From a virus (taxonomy: Duplodnaviria; Caudoviricetes), in IMG/VR virus record IMGVR_UViG_3300043184_000049, positions 1-30,539 of that record: a stretch of 30,539 nt of DNA. One strand, written 5' to 3'. The notes beneath the pieces are model-generated. The model was not told the origin of the DNA. It searched no databases and was given only the letters and a program-made list of their open reading frames with translations. Numbering within the stretch: the first letter of the stretch is position 1; each line of letters opens with the position of its first letter. The translations under genes and the position numbers were made by a program. Shown in pieces: positions 17,458 to 24,102 of the stretch.

Positions 17458-19468
17458 TCTGTGCTCCCGTGGGATTTCGCGGCGCGTCGATCTCGGCCTT
17501 CAGCCGGGCCAAGTCGATCTGCACCGCGTATTTCGCCTGCGTCTCGGCGGTGCGAAGCTGGATGTCGGCGGCCAGCCGGTCGCGCTCGCGATCGTCTTCC
17601 GCCTGCTGCTTCTGGCGCTGCAATTCCAGCTTCGCTGTTTCGATCTGGAACTGCATCTGCGCGACAACCATCGCCGGGTCCTGCGCGGGTTGCTTCGGCG
17701 CGGGCTGCTGTTGCTGGTCGGGGTCAAGGAAGAACAGCGAGGCATCCTTGTAGCCCTTCACCATCAGCATCTGCGCGTAGGTGTGGCGAAGCTGCTTCAG
17801 CGTCACCATCGGGTTGTCGGGGCCGATGGTCGTCAAGATTTGTTCCTGCTTGCCGGCGACCGCGGCAAGGAAGGTCAGCCTGTCCTCGTCGGTGCCGCGC
17901 GCCATGCCGATCGTGCACGTGACGCGCATATCCAGGTCCCAGGTCGCGGGATCAACCGCGCGCAGCGTGTCGCCGATCGGGATGTAGGTCTCGCCCTGCG
18001 CATATTTCACCAGCAGGCGCAGCAGGCCGCGGAACACGGGCTTGACGAACATCTCCGCCAACACGCGCGTGATCAGCTCCTTGCGTTCCTGCGCGCCGGT
18101 CACGGTCGCATCGACCGCCTTCGCGGTCGTGCTCTGCATCACGTCGGCATCGAGGCCCTGGCTGGCACGCGACAAGCCGGTGCGCTGTTCGCGCACGGCA
18201 TCGAGGTAGCCGATCACCGGCAGCGCGGAACCGCCCACAAAGGGCGAGGCCAGTTCCTGCACCATGCCTGGCGCCCGCTGGCGGATCACCGCCCCCGTCT
18301 CGACGTTCAGCACGTCGTCGATGTTCACCTGTCCCTCGACGATCGCCGTGCGGGGATGCAGCGAGTTGGCCAGGCTGTCCAGCACGCCGCGCATCACATA
18401 GGACTTGATGCGCTGAAGATCGGCGGTGATGTCGGCTAGGCTCAGGCCCCACAGCGTGTGCGCTTCCGGATCAGGGCAGCCGACAGCATAGGGCACTTCG
18501 TCAGCCAGCTCGACGCGAGCCACCATGTGGCTGCTGCCCAGCGCGATCACGCGCAGCAGCTCAGAGATGCCGTCGCCGTCGGCGTCGTAGCGGAAGTAGC
18601 AGTCGAACACGCGCACGCGCGCCGTCGCTCCGGTGCGGCCGTCGCCGTCCGCCTCGTCCCAGGTCGTGCGGTTGCGCGCCTCGCGCTCGCCGGTGGTGTC
18701 GATCTTCTCCTCGTCCACCGCGACCTCGGGGTCGGCAAGCAGTTCGGGGTCGATGCCCCAGGCTTCCAGCCGGCCGCGCTCCTCGCGGTAGCGCCGGCCA
18801 ACCAGCAGCGTGTTGCCCAGCGAATGCGTGCCGGGCGTGAAAATGAACTCGTCCGGCGGCACCGCCTCGACCAGGGGCCGGCTGATGCGCACGCGCTTCT
18901 TCACCGCCGCCCGCACCAGGTCGGCGGGTTCGCCGGTCGCGTCATCGGTGCCGACGACGCCCGTCTTGCGCGTCTCAATGCCGATCACGTCCGGCTGCGC
19001 GGAAAGCTTCAGCAGCGCCGAAGGCGTCACATCCTCATAGGTGCAGCCGACGACTTCCTCGCGGCTCTCCCAGCGCCAGGTGATGATGCCAAGCTTGCGC
19101 ACCAGCGCGTCCTTGCAGGCGTCGTGCAGCACACGGAAACCGTCGCACTCGCTGAAGAACCAGTAGGGCACGGCCAGCGTGGCTTCCTCGGCCATCTGTT
19201 CCTGCCCCGGCTTTGCGGGCGTGAACACCACGGCGCGCTCGGTGCCGGCGAACACGCGCAGCAGCGTCGGCATCATCTGCGATACCGTGTCGCGCACCTC
19301 CGTCATCACGATCTGGCTGCGGCCATCCTGTTCGTCGCCAAACGGCTCGCCGTTGTAGAACCGGGTTGCCGCCAAGCGCTGCGGCGCGATGTCATCATCG
19401 ATGTGGTTCTCGGCGCGCAGGCAGGCGGCGGCGAACGCGGTGCGGAACTCGTCGCTGGCCTTGATCAC
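17363..19468 (-). CDS. Portal protein (701 aa)
   Basis: FYNGEPFGDEQDGRSQIV, DALVRKLG, VPPDEF, D.DGDGISEL and EQRTG motifs; C-terminal coiled coil; downstream of the terminase. Confidence 0.92.
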   Translation of the reverse strand: MIKASDEFRTAFAAACLRAENHIDDDIAPQRLAATRFYNGEPFGDEQDGRSQIVMTEVRDTVSQMMPTLLRVFAGTERAVVFTPAKPGQEQMAEEATLAVPYWFFSECDGFRVLHDACKDALVRKLGIITWRWESREEVVGCTYEDVTPSALLKLSAQPDVIGIETRKTGVVGTDDATGEPADLVRAAVKKRVRISRPLVEAVPPDEFIFTPGTHSLGNTLLVGRRYREERGRLEAWGIDPELLADPEVAVDEEKIDTTGEREARNRTTWDEADGDGRTGATARVRVFDCYFRYDADGDGISELLRVIALGSSHMVARVELADEVPYAVGCPDPEAHTLWGLSLADITADLQRIKSYVMRGVLDSLANSLHPRTAIVEGQVNIDDVLNVETGAVIRQRAPGMVQELASPFVGGSALPVIGYLDAVREQRTGLSRASQGLDADVMQSTTAKAVDATVTGAQERKELITRVLAEMFVKPVFRGLLRLLVKYAQGETYIPIGDTLRAVDPATWDLDMRVTCTIGMARGTDEDRLTFLAAVAGKQEQILTTIGPDNPMVTLKQLRHTYAQMLMVKGYKDASLFFLDPDQQQQPAPKQPAQDPAMVVAQMQFQIETAKLELQRQKQQAEDDRERDRLAADIQLRTAETQAKYAVQIDLARLKAEIDAPRNPTGAQSAGDAANLAGGTGNPQPDPVAEPSGGSQAPA

Positions 19469-19752
19469 CGTGGGCGCTCTTCCAGCCGCTGGCGCACATA
19501 GCCCACATCGCGCGCCAGGCCTTCCAGCGTGCGGGCCAGGTGCTCGCGCAGCGTGGCCGTATCCTTGTCGTCGGCAGTCCGCGCCGCTTCCAGCTTCGCG
19601 ACGCGGCCGACCACATCCGTCACGGCGTATTCGATGCGGCTGGCGAACCAGATGCCAGTCGCCGCCTGCACCAGCAGGCCGACGATCATCGAGACGATCA
19701 GCGCCAGCGGAACCTTCTTCTCAAGGTGCCACTGTTCCGCGGGCGCCGACAT
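19465..19752 (-). CDS. Single-TM membrane protein with C-terminal coiled coil (95 aa)
   Basis: Start reassigned to ATG 19752 (TGATG overlap). WHLEKKVPLALIVSMIVGLLVQAATGIWFAS followed by a heptad region. Confidence 0.7.
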   Translation of the reverse strand: MSAPAEQWHLEKKVPLALIVSMIVGLLVQAATGIWFASRIEYAVTDVVGRVAKLEAARTADDKDTATLREHLARTLEGLARDVGYVRQRLEERPR

Positions 19753-20120
19753 CACTCGGCTACCTTCTGGCTCAGCCACACGCCAAAGCTGCTGCCGTTC
19801 GTCGCACCACTGCGCAGCGTCACGCGCACCAGCGGCGGAGCGGCCTGGTTGATCTGGAACGCGAACCCGAACACGCTGTTCGCGACCTGGTTGCCGACCA
19901 TCTCGGCCACCTTCACCCAGGTCGAACCGACGGTGGCGAACTCGATGTCCGCCTGCGGGTTGGTGGTCGGCGCCGCGGCACCGTTGGTGATCTGGCCATA
20001 CAGCACGTAGGGGCCTTGCGATGGCCCGGTATCGACGGCAACGGTGGCTGCCGACGCGCCCGCAGCGACCGCTTGCGCATCGGAAGTGGTAAGGCGGGTG
20101 ACGGTGATCGCGTTCGGCAT
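19752..20120 (-). CDS. Hypothetical beta-rich protein (122 aa), possibly a virion decoration
   Basis: Ala/Thr/Val-rich; preceded by the conserved motif at -32. Confidence 0.65.
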   Translation of the reverse strand: MPNAITVTRLTTSDAQAVAAGASAATVAVDTGPSQGPYVLYGQITNGAAAPTTNPQADIEFATVGSTWVKVAEMVGNQVANSVFGFAFQINQAAPPLVRVTLRSGATNGSSFGVWLSQKVAE

Positions 20121-20151
20121 GGGTCAGGCGTTACCGATGCGGCACGCGCGC

Positions 20152-20166
20152 CGTCTATCCGGCAAC
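20152..20166 (-). promoter_or_regulatory. Conserved motif GTTGCCGGATAGACG, ending 32 nt upstream of ATG 20120
   Basis: 14/15 match to the other copies; contains the TAG stop of the dNMP kinase gene. Confidence 0.75.
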
Positions 20167-20730
20167 TGCCGGCCCGTGTTCGGCGATGGCTTCATCGATG
20201 CAGCGATGCAGGTAGGCGACCGGCCCGCAGTTTTCGATATCAACGGTGCGCACGTCCGGCGGGCTGATGTAGCCGCGGCTGTCGTTGGCATAGGTGCAGC
20301 CCTCCCGATGCAGCCGGATCAGCAGCGCGTTACCCCGCCCGACGCTCGCCAGCACGGCCTCCGCCTCCGGCCGGAACCCGCTGTCCGGCACCGCGGCGAA
20401 CGAGGCAAACGGCGCATGCTCGCGCTCCCACCGGCGCAGCCACATGTGACCGAACACGTCCGCACCGTGCAGCGGCTTCATCAGGTGTTCCGACACGGCG
20501 ATGTAGGCCCGCCGGGGCGAGACGCCGCCGAACTGCCCCAGCGCCACGTCCTTCATGTCCTCGTAGTGGTCGAACGCGGCGGCCAGGCCATACAGCCGGT
20601 GCGTCATCTCCTTCAGCTCATGCGCGAACCCGCACGCCCGCCAGCCCTCGCGCTTGGCGAGATGCGCCGCAGCCGTGTCCTTGCCGCTGCGCGGTGGCCC
20701 ATTCAGGAAGACAACGAATTTCGGGGTCAC
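20155..20730 (-). CDS. Deoxynucleoside monophosphate kinase (191 aa)
   Basis: Start reassigned to GTG 20730. P-loop FLNGPPRSGKDT, then FAHELK, SPR and VPDSGFRPE. Confidence 0.8.
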   Translation of the reverse strand: MTPKFVVFLNGPPRSGKDTAAAHLAKREGWRACGFAHELKEMTHRLYGLAAAFDHYEDMKDVALGQFGGVSPRRAYIAVSEHLMKPLHGADVFGHMWLRRWEREHAPFASFAAVPDSGFRPEAEAVLASVGRGNALLIRLHREGCTYANDSRGYISPPDVRTVDIENCGPVAYLHRCIDEAIAEHGPAVAG

Positions 20731-20936
20731 TGCTTCGCATTCCTCTTGCGTGGGTGCCGCTTGGGCGCCGCGGGTTCCGGATGACTGGGACCGGGGTTCG
20801 CGCCATGGAAGCCGGGCGGGAACTCCCGCGGCGGGGGCTTCCGCCCGGCCGGGGCGGGGTTCGAGATCACGCTGCCGAAACCGCAACCGAGCGGCGCCGC
20901 CTCGCCCACATCGTTGTCGCCGAACCGACCCGCCAT
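20727..20936 (-). CDS. Small Pro-rich hypothetical protein (69 aa)
   Basis: ATG overlaps the terL stop (TGATG) and its TGA overlaps the kinase GTG (GTGA), so it fills the gap exactly. Confidence 0.55.
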   Translation of the reverse strand: MAGRFGDNDVGEAAPLGCGFGSVISNPAPAGRKPPPREFPPGFHGANPGPSHPEPAAPKRHPRKRNAKQ

Positions 20937-22363
20937 CACACCAACCCCTTGATCCCGCGTTTCAGCGGCCGGCCGGCCGCCCACGGCCTCCCGAAGGCCG
21001 CGACGGCCGCCGTGCCACCGAAGGTCAGCGCCAGCGCATCCCCGCCATCGGGCGAGGGCACGCCGCGCTTCTTCATGTCCTGCTTGCTCTCGACCTGAAG
21101 CCGCCCGCTGCTGCTGAACGCGTAACGCGGCGCCGCCAGTTCGGCCGCCAGCGTCTCGTCCTTCGGCAGGCGCACCGCCAGCGTCGCCAGCCAATCCTTC
21201 GCGCTGAACCACAGTTGCGCGCGCAGGTTCAGATACTTGTTCCCGATCGACGGGCTTTCCGAGACGTTGATGCCGATCGCCGGCAGGCCAAGCTCGCGCA
21301 GTCGATCGACCACGCCCGCGCCGATGCCGATGCTGTCCACAAGGATTTCGGCAGGCCGCTGCGGATCGGGCCGCGCGTTCCACCGCTCGGCAACCAGGCC
21401 GGTCACCTGCATGGTATCCAGGCCCGACCAACGCTCCGGCGGCGCCGGCACGATGTTGCCGTGGCGCTCGACCAGCACCGTCTTGTCGCTGCCGAACCGG
21501 GCCACATCGAGGCCCCAGACGCGCGGCGCGCTTTCCAGCACGGCGATGTCCCGGCCCATCGCCGCCGCGATCGTCTCATAGGCGATGACGGTATCGTCCT
21601 CCGCCAGCGGGAACTCGCCCAGCACGCGCACGCGATAGGCGTTACTGTTCTCGCCGTAGGTCAGGCGCTGTTCCGCCACGTAGGCAGCCGAGACACGCGG
21701 CGTGTCCAGGCACGAGATGTGCTCGCAATGCCAGTAGCCCGGCGGCGGGGGGTCTTGCTGCGCCCGCAGCGCGGTCTGCGATCGCGCGAAATAGCCCGTG
21801 TTGCGCGTCGGGTTGCCGATCAGAAGGGCCACGGCATCGTCGCCCGACATCGAGCCGCTGGCCGCCTCATAGACCTGTTCCGGCACGCCGGAGGCCTCAT
21901 CGACGATCAGCATCACGTGATCGGAATGCACGCCTGCCAGCGCTTCCGGCGTGTCGGCACGGCTGGTGCGTGCCGAGATGAACGCCTCGTCCGGTGCGGC
22001 CGACAGGCGAACGCTGTCCTGGTTGTATTCCAGCAGCCCTGAAAGCTCGGGCGGCAGCTTGTTCACCCAGGCCTTCATCTCCGCCAACAGGCCGTCGAAC
22101 AGGGTCGAGGAGCTGGGGGCGGTGCAGACGATCTTCACCGGGAACCGGGTGATCAGATACCAGATCGCCGCCCACGAACAGAGCGTGGATTTGCCGGTGC
22201 CGTGGCCGCTGCGGATCGAGATGCGCCGCACGCCCTTGGCGATCTTCGCCAGCACGCGCGCCTGCCAGGGGTCGGGCTTGGCGCCCAGGATGTCCTCGAC
22301 GAACGCGACGGGATCACCGCGGTAACGCTCGATGAAGCTGCGAAAAATTGCGGCGGCGTCCAC
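20936..22363 (-). CDS. terL: Terminase large subunit
   Basis: Walker A SGHGTGKST, Walker B MLIVDEA, IGNP, nuclease WGLDVARFGSD and SPDGGDA. Confidence 0.95.
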   Translation of the reverse strand: MDAAAIFRSFIERYRGDPVAFVEDILGAKPDPWQARVLAKIAKGVRRISIRSGHGTGKSTLCSWAAIWYLITRFPVKIVCTAPSSSTLFDGLLAEMKAWVNKLPPELSGLLEYNQDSVRLSAAPDEAFISARTSRADTPEALAGVHSDHVMLIVDEASGVPEQVYEAASGSMSGDDAVALLIGNPTRNTGYFARSQTALRAQQDPPPPGYWHCEHISCLDTPRVSAAYVAEQRLTYGENSNAYRVRVLGEFPLAEDDTVIAYETIAAAMGRDIAVLESAPRVWGLDVARFGSDKTVLVERHGNIVPAPPERWSGLDTMQVTGLVAERWNARPDPQRPAEILVDSIGIGAGVVDRLRELGLPAIGINVSESPSIGNKYLNLRAQLWFSAKDWLATLAVRLPKDETLAAELAAPRYAFSSSGRLQVESKQDMKKRGVPSPDGGDALALTFGGTAAVAAFGRPWAAGRPLKRGIKGLV

Positions 22364-22393
22364 CGGCAGAAAATCACCGGGGGGCCGGGGGAT

Positions 22394-22408
22394 TGTCTAT
22401 CCGGCAAC
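22394..22408 (-). promoter_or_regulatory. Conserved motif GTTGCCGGATAGACA, ending 31 nt upstream of the terL start
   Basis: Exact match to the copy at 17149; intergenic. Confidence 0.75.
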
Positions 22409-22650
22409 TGTCGGAAACAGGGGCTTTGTGGCGGGTGCACCACGCTCACGCGCCCGCCCCGGGGGTCAGGCCGGGGGTGGGGGGGTTGCGCCGGATGGCG
22501 GATTTCCGTCTCTATCCCGGCCCGTTTTCCCCGTTTGCCGTGCAACACGTTGAAAAGGCTAGGCGCAACGCTCTGGCGCAGATTGTCGTGCTCTTCCGCC
22601 CGTGCCGATCGGCCGCGCGTGAGAACACGCGCCCCCTCCGCCAGCAGAAC

Positions 22651-22714
22651 CCCAGTCACCCGAACCCGCGATGCCCAGTCACCCGAACCCGCGATGCCCA
22701 GTCACCCGAACCCG
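22651..22714. repeat. 23-bp tandem repeat, 2.8 copies (CCCAGTCACCCGAACCCGCGATG)
   Basis: Perfect units at 22651 and 22674 and a partial unit at 22697; intergenic. Confidence 0.95.
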
Positions 22715-22733
22715 GCACCGACAGCGCCGAAGC

Positions 22734-22886
22734 TCAGCGCAGCGACCCGCGGTCGTCGGCAGCCGCGGCGACCAGCCCGAAGAACACAGCCAGCGCCAGC
22801 GACACACCTTGCAGCATCGCGTCGTCGTGCGCCTTAGCCACCGCGAAGACGACCAGATACAGGCCGGACACCAACCACAGGATCAC
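22734..22886 (-). CDS. Small two-TM membrane protein (50 aa; not in ORF track)
   Basis: MILWLVSGLYLVVFAVAKAHDDAMLQGVSLALAVFFGLVAAAADDRGSLR. GTGA overlap with the upstream stop; GGAGG upstream. Confidence 0.6.
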   Translation of the reverse strand: MILWLVSGLYLVVFAVAKAHDDAMLQGVSLALAVFFGLVAAAADDRGSLR

Positions 22887-23053
22887 TGCTTGGGTGCCTC
22901 CGCCTTGCCTCGTGTCGCGCGCAGGTAGTCCTTCGCGTCGCGGACCATTGCCTGGTAGGTTTCCAGCTCGCTACCGGGCAGCGCCCGCGGCGGCGGAAGC
23001 TCGTCGCTATCCACGTAGACCAGCCCGGCATCCGTGCGAACCAAGCGGCTCAT
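22883..23053 (-). CDS. Hypothetical protein (56 aa)
   Basis: ATG 23053 with AAGGAG RBS and ATGA overlap. Confidence 0.6.
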   Translation of the reverse strand: MSRLVRTDAGLVYVDSDELPPPRALPGSELETYQAMVRDAKDYLRATRGKAEAPKQ

Positions 23054-23217
23054 CGGCCTTGCTCCTTCGTCTTCACCCGCATGACGGCGGCATCCCGTTC
23101 GACCCGCAGCCGCCACAAGCGGTCGCGAAGTTCATGCAACTCCAATCCCTGCTTCACGACGACGAACGCCGCCGCGAACAGCAGGACCAGCGCAACCGAA
23201 ACCGCGATATCCACCAT
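23050..23217 (-). CDS. Small N-terminal-TM protein (55 aa; not in ORF track)
   Basis: MVDIAVSVALVLLFAAAFVVVKQGLELHELRDRLWRLRVERDAAVMRVKTKEQGR. TGATG overlap upstream, ATGA downstream, GGAGG RBS. Confidence 0.6.
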   Translation of the reverse strand: MVDIAVSVALVLLFAAAFVVVKQGLELHELRDRLWRLRVERDAAVMRVKTKEQGR

Positions 23218-23537
23218 CAACCCTCCCTGATCACGTCGATGACACGCGGCGCCGCGTCCCGCCGCTCGGTCACCAGGCCGCGCATCGCACGCACAAACTC
23301 AGTCGCCGCGTTGATGCTCTCGCCCGCACTCTTCTGCGGCTTCAGCCTGGCGAGGATGCCGATCGTCTTTGCAGGGTCGCGCTTGATCTCGGCGGCCAGC
23401 AGGTCAGACAACGGCAGGCCTTCGTGACGCAGCTTCGCAAGAGCCTCCGCCAGCGCGTTTTCGATCTCAACCCACGGGCCGTTGGACCGGGCACCGGCCC
23501 CCTTCGTGATGACTTTTCGGTTCGTGCGCGACACCAT
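23217..23537 (-). CDS. Putative terminase small subunit (106 aa)
   Basis: First gene of the late block. Basic N-terminus, helical core with RDPAKTIGILARLKP, and a C-terminal VIDV strand. Called from position and pattern only. Confidence 0.5.
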   Translation of the reverse strand: MVSRTNRKVITKGAGARSNGPWVEIENALAEALAKLRHEGLPLSDLLAAEIKRDPAKTIGILARLKPQKSAGESINAATEFVRAMRGLVTERRDAAPRVIDVIREG

Positions 23538-23568
23538 CCCCTGAACCCTCGTCGCCGCGGCCCCGTGT

Positions 23569-23583
23569 CGTCTATCCTGCTAC
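23569..23583 (-). promoter_or_regulatory. Degenerate motif copy GTAGCAGGATAGACG, ending 32 nt upstream of the putative terS start
   Basis: 13/15 match to the copy at 20152, with identical spacing. Confidence 0.6.
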
Positions 23584-23618
23584 ACGACCAATCCGCCAGC
23601 GAAACGTGGCACTGTCAA

Positions 23619-23934
23619 CTCGGCACGGTCGCCGCAAATCGGCACAGACGTTTTCGTGTTTGCTTTCAACAAGCTACGAGGTGTAGCCCGGCCAATCTGT
23701 GCCGATTTCCCCTCCAATCCGCTTTAAGTTTTATGTTATTTTTATATATTTGCATAGCTTATATAGAAGCTATGCGTGTATATCATATCTTATGTTAATA
23801 TTTATATATAACTCATAACAAAAGAATAAATCGGCACAAGCAGCACGATCCTTCGGAAACCCAGCTTCCAGCTTGCTCTCCGCTGTGCCGATAGTCCAAC
23901 AAGCTACACGCACATCCGACACAGATCGGCACAG
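23619..23934. other. Putative replication origin: AT-rich core with central palindrome, flanked by ATCGGCACA repeats in both orientations
   Basis: The only strongly AT-rich tract in the window (about 23723-23830). Repeats at 23636(+), 23696(-), 23828(+), 23884(-) and 23923(+). Just downstream of the primase-helicase gene. Confidence 0.75.
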
Positions 23935-24102
23935 CTTTTCCCCGCGGCAACGTCGTGGCGGGAGACGAAACCGGGCATGGCCTGCGCTATCCAGGGCAGG
24001 ATGCTGAAGATGAGGTCTATGTGTCCCTTGGGCATACGCGAAACGGGCGACCGAGTTTCCCCGATCGCCCGTTCCGTTAACCAATGGGGGCTTGCTGCCG
24101 TA

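Noticed and set aside
3000-20886. Long N-terminal extensions in the ORF track (3000-4793, 10513-12336, 12956-13588, 20155-20886)
   Set aside because: They overlap real upstream genes; coupled starts at 4292, 12006, 13264 and 20730 fit better.
22651-22714. 23-bp repeats as CRISPR repeats
   Set aside because: The repeats are directly adjacent, with no spacers.
23770-24084. 104-aa minus-strand ORF and 23424-23798 plus-strand ORF across the AT-rich region
   Set aside because: Atypical composition, and both run through the origin-like repeats; likely spurious.
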